Shown here piece after piece: positions 50,201 to 63,050 of a stretch of DNA of 64,000 nt. The stretch lies in the NCBI GenBank assembly GCA_053919585.1, contig CM132791.1. The stretch is one strand, 5' to 3'. The notes under the pieces are model-generated. The model was not told the origin of the DNA. It made no database searches and was given only the letters and a program-made list of their open reading frames with translations. The first letter of the stretch is position 1, and each line of letters begins with the position of its first letter. Both the position numbers and the translations under genes were made by a program. Origin of the DNA: Euprymna scolopes. Its lineage: Eukaryota.

Positions 50201-50900
50201 TAGAGATTGCCAACTAGCCGCAAGATCTCCTCCCATACGGACACAACCTTGGCCTAAAAACGATGTACCCTGAACACGCCTTAATATAGATTACGCAGAA
50301 CCTCTGAAGGATTATAATTACCTAGTGATCGTAGATAGTATGTAAAAATGTCCAGAAAATTTTAAATACAAACACACTACAACGGCAAACAAAATAAAAG
50401 CGCTGGATGAGGTATTTAGTCGGTTTGGAGTTCCGAAAACAATTGTTAGGGATAATGTTCAGAGCCCAAGAATTCAAGCGCTACTGTGAGACATTGGTTA
50501 TTGAGCCTCGATCAAAGGGACAAGCGGAAGGATTTGTCGATACTTTTAAACAAGGTTTAAAAAAGTATAATAACATCGACACATTCTTGGTAATATATAC
50601 GATAAAACCAAATTCAAATACAAATGCTAAATTATCGCCAGCTGAACTTATGGTGGCCAGGAAGGTATGTTCGGTGTTCGACCGGTTAATCCGTAGAGAA
50701 AAAGTAAAAATAAAAATATCAAGGATAATGTAAGGACGGGGATAAAGTTTTCTTCAAAAATTATCGGGCAGGGAATAGTTTTTGGGAAGAAGGCATACTC
50801 TCAAGAAGAATTGTGAGTATGGTTTACATTATGAAAGGACATACTGTTTTCCACACAAAAAAACATATTAACCAACTGAGACCCCGATACATAGAAACAG
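47250..50900 (+). pseudogene. gag-pol pseudogene of the Gypsy element
   Basis: Gag YDPKSGLTFPAYYRRYE; two CCHC knuckles (CKKCAGKNHFTKKC and C.KCGRKGHKSTVC); protease LFDTESDISLI; RT SEWASP, DLSEAYLQV and a damaged YLDD; RNase H YSQIEK...TDHKPL; integrase HMGHPGI...C..C and NIDYA. Confidence 0.9.
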
Positions 50901-51133
50901 TCAGAAACCAAGAGTTACCAATGTAAGTGCTATATGACTTTCCATATACAACCTCCGAACAAGGAAGTACCAGTAATTCAGAAATCCAGCGACTCTTCGA
51001 AAGTAATCGGCAACCACAAAGGGTGAGGAGAAGTGAAAGGAAAAGGAGAAGGACCGAATTATTTGGACAAAGTCTAAAAAGGAAAAAATGGTAGAAGCAA
51101 AATACTATGGAATAATTTAGCTTGGGAGAAAGG

Positions 51134-51367
51134 TGATGTAATTGAATGACCTAACATCCTTTCCTAGATAAAATGAACTATACCCTCTCACGTGACTGAG
51201 AGAGAAGAAAAAAGACAGAAAGAGAATAAAACAAGATGTTGAGTAACTCTTGTCACCAGTATTCCCTTGTAAATAAACGCCTTTGTCTTTCACCCATAAC
51301 CATAAGTAAGAATGATAACGAAATAGCAATTTGTTTTTGTTATATCCTTACTTTAAATGATATAACA
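51134..51367 (+). repeat. 3' LTR (distal part replaced by a foldback copy of the flank)
   Basis: Matches the 5' LTR up to about 51301 and again over the last 30 nt or so. Confidence 0.85.
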
Positions 51368-51604
51368 AAAACAAATTGCTATTTCGTTATCCTTTTTACT
51401 AATACAAAATTGTTATTTCTTGTATTTTTTCGATGCGTACTTTCTTGAATTACTTTTTTGGATTCTCCTGACCTTTGTGTCTCCCCATTTTTAGTTTGCT
51501 ATAATTTATATCACGTGATTGCATTGAAGTGAAAATAAAATAAAGCGTTCATTTAATTGTCGCTTGTTATGCATTTAGCGGGGTACGATAAAAATCAATT
51601 TATT

Positions 51605-52404
51605 GGTACTTATGCACTTATGTTACCGGACTGGCGTGTTTTTGTAACTATTCTATAGTTTTCTCCAAGAATGCAAAATATCTTTAATTTATATATATAT
51701 ATAGGATTAATCATTTTATTATAAAATAAATCAGGTAAAACTGTTTTACGGTTGGTCTTAAAATGGAACGAAAATGTAAAATTCGTTGTGTTTTAATCTT
51801 TTTTTTAATTGTACTCCCTCAAAACGAAAGTGTTCGAAAGAATAACATTCAACAATCGTTCCTTAACGAAAGATTTTTTATAGAAATACAATTTTGTAAA
51901 CAAAAACGAAATAATCTAATTTTTAAACGCAAAAAGTCAATTTGGTGTACCTTTTCGGAATTTTTACATAAGTCTAGCTCGCAGTACACATTTCAAATGT
52001 CGACATGTATAGGTTTTCGGGGATACATACAATGAGTAAACATTCCAACCTCCCCATGTTTAGAACAGATTTCGGAACAGACACTCCTAACCTACACATG
52101 TTTAGATCGACTTTCTAAATAAACTTTGTCAGCAAGAAAACCTACAAAAGTGGACATGTCGAATGTGAACGATTAAATGGGCGTAATGAAAAAATGTACC
52201 GAGTGTAAAACGGAACGAAATTTAAATTTCCCTTCCATTTTTACCACAACCAAAACACAGAATTCTCTGCACGTTTTACCAGAAATCATTTATTTTCAAT
52301 TAGTCTGTACTTTCACCTAACAATTTAATAAACAGAAATATATTGTGAAAGTTCAATTTAATTGTTTACACAAAATTAAATGCTAATATAAGTGCATAAG
52401 CACC
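51605..52404. mobile_element. Non-autonomous TIR element of about 800 bp
   Basis: ggtacttatgcacttatgtta (51605-51625) and taatataagtgcataagcacc (52384-52404) are inverted repeats matching at 19 of 21 positions. The same motif occurs at 55542. Confidence 0.55.
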
Positions 52405-53488
52405 GCCTCATTTGACATATTTATATTCCAATTTCAGTTGGGTTCGTGGTGTATTTCAGCAATTTCGTAATAATTTCATAATTATTAATGAATTTGCGAA
52501 CACTAAAAAAACTAGTATTTCGTTCGTTGTGCTTAATTTTAATTTTTTATTTACTATCATCTTGGAAACAGTGGTTTGGGCAGTAGCTGTATTTTCTGTT
52601 CTGATCCTGCAAGTTCATGTTAACATAACGAATCCATACGTACAAGAAAAACACACACATGCACGCACATACACCTACTCAAAGAAAACACACACGCATG
52701 CAAGAAAAACAAAACAAAAAAAGCAAACAAACACGCACATGTACATGTATGTGTAGAAACACAAACATGTTTTGCGGCCTATTAGTTTAATGGCATACAC
52801 ACACATGTACAAACACACGAACGCAAGTAATCAAAAATAAACACACACGTATGTGTTTGTGTAAATATAAGCACACCCTTATTCATGATGCACATTATTA
52901 TAATGGCACACGCACACACCAACTTTTTATGTATAAATATGTGTAATGCGTTGTCAGTGCGCTTTAAGTTATAAGTCAGAAGGGTTCTCTTTCGTATGTA
53001 TGCAATCGGAAGAGGCCATATTGAAATAAGTGAGCGTTCTGTTTTGAGGTTGATACCATTAATCTTGAATGTAGGAATGTTTATAGTTCAGCCAATCGAA
53101 ATCTAGTTAATACGTAAAGGGAGATATTATTTGTGTAGATGAAAAGTGGTAATAGTATGCGATGTGTACGAATACACTAGCCATTTAATGACAACGTAGA
53201 CACAGGAAAGTAGGAAAAGTAAATTCACGCGGTGTAAAATGGGGCTGTAAGACAACTTATGGAATGGGGTAAATTTGAAAGTACTTTCTGTGTAGGATTT
53301 GGCGATGAGGATGTGGCCGCTCCTAGGAATAAGTGTAAGTTTTAATATTACGAATTAATGCATCGTAAATTCCGTTTTAGAGTAAAATAACGTAATGACT
53401 AATATAGTGTAAGCATAATAAATACTATCTGCCACCTGTTGTTGTTAACCTACGATATTTTGGTCTAGAGTGGAAAAATGCGCCTCTT

Positions 53489-53555
<67 letters not shown>

Positions 53556-53604
53556 ATACAATGACACTTTTATGTATATATACAATGACACTTTTATTTT
53601 ATCT

Positions 53605-53810
53605 ATCTAGGACATAATTTGCGGACATACTATGTAGGGAGCTGAGCAGCAAGATAGCTATTTACATGACATTTGAACTGCATGTTAGTACAGCCAGAGA
53701 AGCAGGGATCCGAACGGGAATTACAAAGTATAGCAACCCGAGAGAAGAAACTACTAGGCTTTCTGTTGTGTAGGGATGCGATTTTGCTGCTTGTTGTATT
53801 TGTCGGGGGT
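53605..53810 (-). mobile_element. Family A LINE 3' fragment
   Basis: SSFFSRVAILCNS..DPCFSGCTNMQFKCHVNSYL parallels the family A C-terminus. Confidence 0.65.
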
Positions 53811-53902
53811 ATTTTCCGCATATTTCGTAATCGTCTCCTGCATTTCTGCTTATTTGATGAAGTGATAAACAATATTAGATAGCAAAACTTGAAAACAATG
53901 CA

Positions 53903-54120
53903 CACCTGTGGGACTCTCTTCCGATTGCGTGCTTTCCAGCTGGCAACAATCTGATTGTCTTCAAGCCCAATGTAAACACGTTTTTTATGAACCGTCCCCC
54001 TAATAAATCCAATTTACAAAATTCGCGCTACTTATGTTTACTACGCTATAATCACATCGACTAATGTATACCAATTAATCCTTGTCATCGAAATGCCTTG
54101 ATACGTGGAGATTACTCTGT
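53903..54120 (+). mobile_element. Family B LINE 3' fragment
   Basis: cctgtgggactctcttccg...gtcttcaagcccaatgtaaac...atgaaccgtccccc matches about 24930-25025. Confidence 0.6.
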
Positions 54121-55799
54121 AATATATATATACAACTCTACATTTCTCTTTACAATAATAATCAGCAGGAATCTTTAGGTACTTAGAGAATAACTTGCGT
54201 TTTATTTTTCTTATCTGTCCTTTTCATTCGAAACACTAACGGTTTTTGATAACACGCAATAGACAATATGAAAACATCAACTCAGCCATCTATATTCTTG
54301 TTCCATTTTTTACAACAGACTTTAATATGAACAATAACCCATATGTATGAGTACCAAAACACTTACGGAATTCCTATGCACCCGTGGACTAAAATCTAAT
54401 CACCGAAATATAATTAACATCCGCCGGAATAAAATTGCTACTCATCTAATGACTCATGCGTAGCGTTTTTCTAACAGATAAGACGTAAGAACATCAAGGA
54501 CACGACCCAAACTACTAAGACATTTGGCCAATAGTGTAAATAAACCAACCCGGAATATTCAGGGGCAAATATGATTAACTGTTGGAAGAATGCGGTCGCG
54601 TTAGACACAAACTTTGTATTGCATTGTAAATAAAAATGGTGTTTATTCCGAAATCCGCTGTTAACATGGAGAGGTTTAGGGTGTTTACTCTGAAAGCCGT
54701 TCTTAACATTTGTGGAGGTGAAACTAATGTAAAAAAAAATAAATTAAAAAAAATTAAATCATTTACTGATAACTTCTCACTTTTACAAATATTTTTTTTA
54801 TTTACATGCGCGGATGAACAAATTGTTGAATAGTGCGAAAACAAAACGTTTTTGTAATAAACTTCGGGATAATTTTTGGGGTAAATATTTACATTTAGGT
54901 CCACCTCCACAATTTTCTTTTTTAAATGACGACTTTTATTGATAAATAAATTTACTTCTCCGCAACTTTTATTGATAAATAAATTTATTTCTCTGCCACG
55001 GGCACTGAACCCATCCTTATTTTTAATAGTATTTTCGGGCGGGTATGCTGACAACAAATATCAGTTAAATTTTGCAAATAGCCCCCCCCCTCCAAAAGTG
55101 GTGTTTATTCCGGAAGCTGTTCTTAAGATGAGGAGGTTGGGGATGATTATAAGGTGGACCTAATCTAAAAAAAAAAAAAAAAAAAAAACATGTTTTTTAT
55201 GCGCACATAAGCAACAATTTTTTTATTACCTTTTTTTAAATTTTTTTATTTAAAAATTAGTAAATTTCAATGAATAGAATAATAAATCATTTATCATTAA
55301 TATGTGTTTTTGGTTTTGTGTTGAATGAAACAATAATGACCCAATTTAAATCGTCCGGCATGCGTTTAAGGGTTACGAAATTATCAATAAATCGTTTAGT
55401 TACTAAGCCAACGTCACTAAATAAAAAAAAATGTTACGTACGCATGCATTAGCCTTGACTAAGGGGGGGGGGCTAAAGGAGCGACCATTAAATAATTATG
55501 CTGGTCGCCATTGAACTCAACGCCCAAGGAGTACCTACAGTGGCACTTATGCACTTATGTTATCGTGCTATTTTTTAAAATAGTATTTTCATGTTAAATT
55601 AAAATTTTACAATATGTTTTTCTTTTATTAATTTGTTAAGTGGAAGTACAGATAACGCGGTCGGTTTCTAATGTGAGGAAAATCTAGCCCCCCGCCAAAG
55701 GGGTACTCTGGATAATAACAAAACATTAAAATTGCCTCAGTCTCGAAAGATTTCTTCTCTACTGAACGAGGAAAAAAACGGTGAAGTGTAGTTCACCTT

Positions 55800-56105
55800 C
55801 TGTTTCTCTCTCCCACTCTCTTCCTCTCTTAATATCTCTCTCTATCCATCACTCCCTTTTCCTTTCTCAATCTATCTTTCTCTCTATATCACCCTCTCCA
55901 TCTCTCTTTGAGCTCCTTTCTCTCTCTAACTCCCCCTATCTCTCTCCTTTCCTCTGTCTCATCCCTCTCTGTTTCTAACTCTCCCCCTCTCTCTGTTTAT
56001 CTATCAATCCCTTTATCTCTCTATCTACTTCTCTTTCTCTATTTTCCTCTCACTTTCTCTTTTCTATCTATATATCTTCCTCTCTATCTGCCCATCTCTA
56101 ATCCT
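55800..56105 (+). repeat. CT-rich low-complexity tract
   Basis: Degenerate (CT)n/(CTAT)n polypyrimidine run. Confidence 0.85.
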
Positions 56106-56229
56106 TCATCCTATTTTAGTCTCCTAAATTAATTGCAGTGAATAAGGCATTGTCAAAACATGGATAAATACTATTTCAATCACCTAATTTACTGACTATG
56201 AGAATAGAAGTTATTTGGAAATTACTGCT

Positions 56230-57405
56230 ACCTTGAACAGCACCAGAAGTTACTGGTAAAACCTTTCTAATTAAATTGATTTTGGCAGCCATTTGGTAAA
56301 AAGATGACATAGCCTTAGCCCTTGCTGCATGAGGAATACCTGCGACCTTGCTGCCAAGTAGAAGTATTATTTATTCTACTTTACAACATTCATTTTTTTT
56401 GGGAAAATATTGCAGAAATGCAAACTTATTGTTTAGGATGAATGCACAATGGTACGCAAAAAATCACTTGAGGCTCTTGGTCGATCCTTGCAAGATTTGA
56501 GTGGCAATGTCACTGTTGCTTGCAGGAGATTTCAGACAAATGTTACCTGTTATTCTTCAATCAATACCAGCAGATGAAATAAATGCGTGCCTCAAATACT
56601 CTACTTTTTGGGGCCATGTGAAGACATTAAACTTTACTCAATATATGCATCTCCAGTTGCAGACTGTTCGATCCGCACAAAAAACTTTTGCATCACTTGT
56701 GGGAAATTGGGTACGAAAAAGTGCCAGCTGATCAGAGTTAAGAGCAAATTTCTTTGACTTTTAACTTCTGTAATTTCTGTAATTTTATTTCATCAAAAGA
56801 ATAGTTAGGTGAAAAGGTTTTTTGCAAATATTCAAATTATAAGAATTCAATTTGACTGAGTGAATGAGCTATTCTTGCAGGTCAATACAAAGATGCCCAT
56901 GAACTTAACGCTATTATTCAATGTAAAATTCCAAGTGAGGTAGTCAAATACAAATCCATAGACACTGTTGTGAAAGCAGATAAAGTGGTTAATTATCCAA
57001 CAGCTATATTTGCCAGAGATGCCACCGCATCAGGACCTTTCACAGATGAATATATCTTCATTCCATGCATTCCTATGATTCCACCGGATACATCATTACA
57101 CTTTAGGAAATTGCACTTTCCAATTTTGTCATTTGCAATAACCATCAACAAAGCACAGGGAAAAATCTTTACAATTGTGGGTCTTACAGTTACACACTGA
57201 CTGTTTTTTTTCACATGGACAATGTATGTTACGTATTCAAGACTCACCAAACCAGAAAAATTTCTATATCAGCTAAGAAAATGGAACAACAAAAAGTGTG
57301 TACCAATGCAAAATGGAAAATTAGACCTATAAGAAACGTGCTTTTTCTCATTTTGGAACTATTGCGCCAATTTGAGCCACAGCAACGTGTGGCAGGGTAC
57401 AGCTA

Positions 57406-57406
<1 letters not shown>
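56230..57406 (+). mobile_element. Canonical Helitron relic: decayed helicase C-terminal half with an intact 3' terminus
   Basis: TGKTFLIKLILA, GIPATLLP, DECTM..KKSLEAL, LLAGDFRQMLPVI, EINACLK, IPCIPMIP, FAITINKAQG. Terminal hairpin gccac-agcaacgt-gtggc, then CTAG and T. Confidence 0.88.
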
Positions 57407-57441
<35 letters not shown>

Positions 57442-57952
57442 GTGTGTGTGTGTGTGTGTGTTCAAATAAAGAGATTTCTTCAACAATATTTTCTGTTAGA
57501 CAATCGCTTGTGTGCGGGCTTTTGCTATTGTGCCGGTCGAATTTTTTGTTTATATCTAGATACATTTTCTTTTATCATACAACATGAGAAAGCATGTGCA
57601 ATACCCCACACTTATTAGCTGTCAACAAGAGTGAAACACATTTTCGGTGGCTCCAGGCAGTACTACCACATCCGGTGCCACCAGCAGCTATACATAATTC
57701 AGCCGCTGCGTAGGGTATTTATAAAATATTAAAAACAACAACAAAGAAACTTGATCAACTAGAAGAAAAGAGAAAAACATGAAATAAAATATATTTGCTC
57801 ATATATATGCTATTTCTATTAATAAATATGTAAATAGATATATATGTGTACATGTGTGCATGTATTAATATATATGAACATATATACATGTATACCTTCC
57901 AATACATATATGTATATATATATACATATATGTTTTTGCATATATATATACA

Positions 57953-57985
<33 letters not shown>

Positions 57986-58469
57986 TGGTATAAAGATATA
58001 CATACAAGAAGAATCGAACTTACGTTTAAAATGAAAAGGCCAAGTATCATTGTACAATTGTGTTTAAACAAAAACATTTATTCTAAAACAATACCTGTCA
58101 TATCAAGAAATATACTGTTGGTTTTATATTTCGGGACCTCGTTATTTCTGGTAATAAAACTTCTCAAATATACTTGTGATGTAAGGCTGTGTAAGGTGTT
58201 ATCTTTGTTTCAAGTTTCCTGTTCATTCTTTAATCGTATTATTTTGATTATCGATTATCAATACTTATCGAACATACTTCGATAAAATATATCTAACAAA
58301 ACTGCCAAGCGCACACAATACTTTCATGCACTATTTCATAAAACTCGTCCTTTTTAAGTACAAAAGGAACGAACGTGTACGCACATAGGCACAAAGAAAC
58401 ACACGTACACACACAGGTAAAGTTCCTTTTATATACAAGTAGAAATATATTACAAATACAAACCACCTT

Positions 58470-59520
58470 AAATAAGTTTCCAGACTTTTTTGAAAAAAAA
58501 ACATATCCAAATTTCCATAGAACTTGAAAATTCAGTATGTTATTAATATAAATCTTATGAAACCTTATGTCTCATATTTATAATTCAATGTTAAAACGAA
58601 CAGATGCAGCAGGAAATTGAATACAATCTACTGAACCCTGATTTTAAAAGCTGGTGAATTTCCAAAATGAAATCTGTACGCGGGAACAATTTAGAAGAAT
58701 GATACGCAACAAAATTCTGTTTTAAAATTTGAAAAAGGCACTCAAACTAATGGAATGTTTCAAACTGATTTTCTAATATCTTGCAGTAACCGCGGATCGG
58801 TTTTTGAGTGCCATAAGAGATTCAAGGATCGCAAAACGTATGTGAGGGATCGTAGGATGTGTGGGAGATTAAAAAGTCAGAACACCAGAGTTGCCAAATA
58901 AAAAATGTCATGGATAAGGTCATCCGTGTGTCTAGATACAATAAACGATGTCAGCATGGGAACATCACACACAATTATTCGCGAGAAACTGAAGATGCGG
59001 AACATTTGCGTTACGTTAGGCCCAAGGGTACCCACAGAAGGTCAGAATCAAGACGTTTTCATGACAGCAGGGAAGTGGTCGGGATCATCAATTTAGTTCC
59101 ATCAGTTATTGCTGCTTTGATGACCTGCAAAAAGCTGGATAAACTGTTATGGCCTGGATACCAAAAGACAGAATGGAAACATCCTATTCGAAAAACATCC
59201 AAACAGTAAACGAACATGATCATCATGCACTGTGTTCTCACTGGATAGACAATCAATAAATGATAGGATGTTGATGTTTTAAGGGAGTATAGGAAGTGAT
59301 TCTGTCGAAAAAGGCTAACATTCTTCAAATAAAGTATGTGAAATTTTCACTAGGACAATGCACCAGCCGCAACTCTATCCTTGTCACATACTATTTGAGC
59401 AAGATGAGCATCAGTTCCTCACTATCCATCTAGTCCAGACCTCGCTTCCTTTGACTTTTGGTTATTCCCTAACCTCGAGGAAAACTTTAGAGGCTATCTT
59501 TATGGGATAATCGAGGAGTT
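58470..59520 (+). mobile_element. Mariner (DD34D-type) transposon relic
   Basis: KFCFK..., SVFECHKRFKD, IIREKLKMRNIC, DNAPA, SPDLASFDFWLFPNL (the YSPDLAP motif). Many disablements. Confidence 0.8.
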
Positions 59521-59939
59521 AGGTCAATGGAACATAAGTGGGGTGGTCTGTAATAGTGTAAACTGGTTCGAAATTGATTATTAAAGCAAATTCCCCATTG
59601 AGAATTGTATCCATTAAAATTTAAAGTAAACATGTTGTAGACATAAGAAAAACAGGCCCGCGGCACAGAGTTTTACAGAGGGTAGTTTTATAAAATACGT
59701 TTGTATTTTGTATTTAGGTTTACATTCCGCATAGGAAGAGTGTGGGTCAATTGTTGACAATGCTTATATCTAGCGCATTTTTGTTGTTAATGTTTGAAGG
59801 AAGCTCATATATTTACCTTGGCAACAATTTGATGTATTTTATTCAGTTTGAGGGTGAATATCAAATCTGGAAGTTGGTTTACCCTGGGTCCTTCGTCCAT
59901 CAGAAAGATATTTATATAAGTTAGGCGCAAGTTCATATC

Positions 59940-60150
59940 ATTGCGTTATTGGTTAGAAATATCGGAACTTGGTTTTGAATGTATGAAACATTAACAACAC
60001 TGTTTTGCCCCATGGCATTACGTACTTATGATCAGATGCGATATCTGATCATTGCTGGCTTCTGACGTATTACCAGAGTTCGCAATGTTGTCTGCGCATA
60101 TATCGACGAAATATGTTTAACTGTGTTTTGGGAGGTCATTGATACATTTT
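59940..60150 (-). mobile_element. Old family B LINE RT fragment
   Basis: Minus strand CINDLPKH...VDICADNI and VMPWGK...FHTFKTK parallel YINDLPKH...ADIYADDT and VQWGK...FNAFKT. Confidence 0.6.
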
Positions 60151-61849
60151 TCATCTCAAGGTTTTGATTTTGTATTTCTTGTCATTAAGTAGGTCGTTTT
60201 TGCTGAGGTGTTCACAGATTCGAGCAACTTGGTTATGATGCACAGAGCACTAATTGAACAGAGGTCAGCTTACTATGGTTTCCAATATGTTCTAGAACAT
60301 TGCTCCAATCAATTGTGTAATGCAATCTTCTTAGCAAGGAGTCTGTTTTTGTCTTGGATAATTAATAATTGAGGAAATAGAAGAGTGCATATATTCAAAA
60401 GCTTGTTTGTTAATCAAACATCGGCTCTTATTAGATAGACAGGCCATATACTGCATTTGATTTTTATAATTGTAGTGATTGCTGGCTGTTCTAAATGTAG
60501 GTTTGCCTAAAAATCCATTACGTTGAAAGCAATTGAAGTAGTTATTTCTGTGTACAATGGTGCTAACACATTTACAGGTGTTCGATTTCTCCTGACATTT
60601 TTTGGAAAGTACGCATCTTTCGCTTTATGAATCGATAAAATATAGCAGACATATTCTTCCAGTCAGCTATCAATTATCGATTAACTGTTTGATAGAGAGG
60701 GATATTTGGAGTTACCCGTTGTTTTAACTTTATTGAGACAATCAAGCGATTAGCAGAACTTTGCAGAGACGCAACGATGGAGGAGCACAGTTAAGGACAA
60801 AGTGCTTGAATGATGATTTAGAAAATAAAAATCATCCGTCAGTATTGGTCACCGTAATTTGTTTGTTAATAATTTCTGTAAGATTACAAGCAAGACAGAA
60901 ATCGTTACAAACGCTCTGTTTACCTTCTGTTTTTCTGTTTTGAGTGGATAAGCTATTCAGCAGTGGAGTCGGGCGTGAATGTTGCTGAGGGATGAGCAGA
61001 CAGAGCAATATTCAATTTACATATGGGGATGGTAGAGAGAAAATATAAATGCTATTTCGTAAGTGCTAATCGAATACACACGTTAGGGAGTAAGAGCCTT
61101 TCTTAGAGATGCCTTTGTAACAGGTTAAGTTACCCTGAATGTAGGGACATATTCCATGTCTATGGCGACTTTGGAGGCCGAGTTCTGATGTCAGGTTAGA
61201 AAATTATTTGATTACAATATCGGCTAGAGTGAAATTTAAGCTAATGCCAGGTTTGGCTTAGTGTCATTGACTCAGTTTCCATACGTTTAAAAGACGTCAG
61301 TTCAGTATATAAAAATATAATCTTCTGTTCTATCGTCGATAAATACTGCTCTCCTAATATGTTCAATGCTTTGCAGCCATAGCCTATAGCTTCTCGCATT
61401 ATCGGATGAAGAACCTTCTCATCTAGGCTCTCTCATTCTCAAAATGACAGTTGTAATCTTCAACCGAATGAAATTAATTATTAGCCCTTCCGACATTCAC
61501 GTTAGAAGAAGTACCTTTAGACTTTTACTTGCTGTCTGTCGTTGCCAAACACTCGACCCGTTCCTCTCCACAGTTCTTTCTTCCTCTTATATGCGAAATT
61601 CTATTTTAAAACCACAACCTCCTTGCCAAAATAGTTTTGTAATTTGACCAATCAATTCAAATAATTTGGTTTTAATGAGATTTTTACGACCTTAAGCTAG
61701 ATGAATAAATGCTAAAGGAAAATACATATTGCGTTGAGATATTTTATAAAACTATAATCACATTTATTTAGTTAATGTTTTAGATTTTCTGTTTTATATT
61801 ATATATACATTTTAATGTTCTTGATTTTAAATTATGTATTACTTATGCA

Positions 61850-61960
61850 TTAATTATGTATAAATTATGTATTAATTATGTATAAATTATGTATTAATTG
61901 TGTATTAATTATGTATAAATTATGTATTAATTATGTATTAATTAGGTATAAATGATGTAT
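61850..61960 (+). repeat. 11-bp tandem repeat, about 10 copies
   Basis: Unit aattatgtat(t/a). Confidence 0.9.
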
Positions 61961-62169
61961 TACATCACAAGTAAGCTTTTATCTAACACTATAATATGCT
62001 GCTTTTTTATCGGTAATTTAATAAAATATATTTATATGGGGAAATAGGATCCATTTAAATTGCGTGTGAAAAATAGTAACTTTAAATATAAAAACAAAAA
62101 TTACAGATAAAATGTTACACAAGTGTAAAAGACATTAACGGTAAACACATAATATATTTTCAGTTTTTT

Positions 62170-63050
62170 TTTATTTTGACCCCAAACTAGACACAGTGCT
62201 TCTTTGATGCATAAGCCTACTATCTGGGACATAATTTGCAGGGGTATTATGTGGGGAGTTGAGCAGTAAGTTGTCTGTTCACATTACACTTGAACTTCTG
62301 TATGTCCTTACAGTCAGGGAAGGAAGAAACCGGAAGAAAATACGAAAATCTGGCAGTCCTAGGAAAGAACTATTAGAGTAGAAGGCCTTCTTACATTTAA
62401 GGATGTTTAAAGTGTAAGGCTAAAGTGCAAGAGAGTACATGAGCTTATAGTTCGTCGGAGCACATGAAATAAAAGTACTTGCAAAACAAACAGACATATG
62501 TAACATTTCTTTGATGGGATAGCGCTTGAACCTTAGCTTATACTCCGGGACCTATACGGCTGGCGACTTTCTTTTAAACTCTATCTAAGACAAAGAGACT
62601 AATAGCAGATGCACCGTCCCAAATGTGGCAAGAATATCAATACATGGGTTACTGTTGGCCTTGTAGAGGTACAGTATACTCTCAGGCATAAGTAATTTTA
62701 TAGCTCGGTAGAGATAGCCCACCTTCTTTGCAGCAGCACTTGCAATGTTCTCAATATATCTGTTCTAACTCATGTTTCCCGTGAATGGAAAGTCTAAGAG
62801 TTTGGACGAAATACTTTCAGATAATGTATAATTAGCCATGGATATTAGTTAGGATAGTGGTTGAGAAAGTTTCTTGTAGGAAAGAGCTTAGTCTTGGCAA
62901 CATTGAATGTGACCGTCCATGTTTGTCCCCATTCAACTACAGACTGGGCATCTTCCGTTAGGTTATTCGTCATTGCATTGATTACGTATTAATGTGCATT
63001 CCCTCGTGTATGTTATAGAGTGTGGTGTCGTCACCAAATGTGTGTATCTC
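62170..63050 (-). mobile_element. CR1/L2-group LINE (family A), decayed 3' part
   Basis: Collinear with about 20390-21310 (acttgaacttctg...cccaccttc.ttgcagc...tttgtccccattc.actacaga...ttatagagtgtggtgtc). Confidence 0.82.

Larger units (their letters stand above)
46604..51367 (+). mobile_element. Ty3/Gypsy LTR retrotransposon, complete but decayed (Mag/Cer-like)
   Basis: LTRs TG...CA at 46604-46807 and 51134-51367, degenerate PBS (tagcgacagg), PPT gggagaaagg at 51124-51133, and a near TSD aaagc/aaaac. Domain order is gag-PR-RT-RH-IN. Confidence 0.92.

Noticed and set aside
60150-61500. Very old LINE endonuclease region on the minus strand
   Set aside because: Only scattered hints (for example IDWSNVL); too decayed to call.
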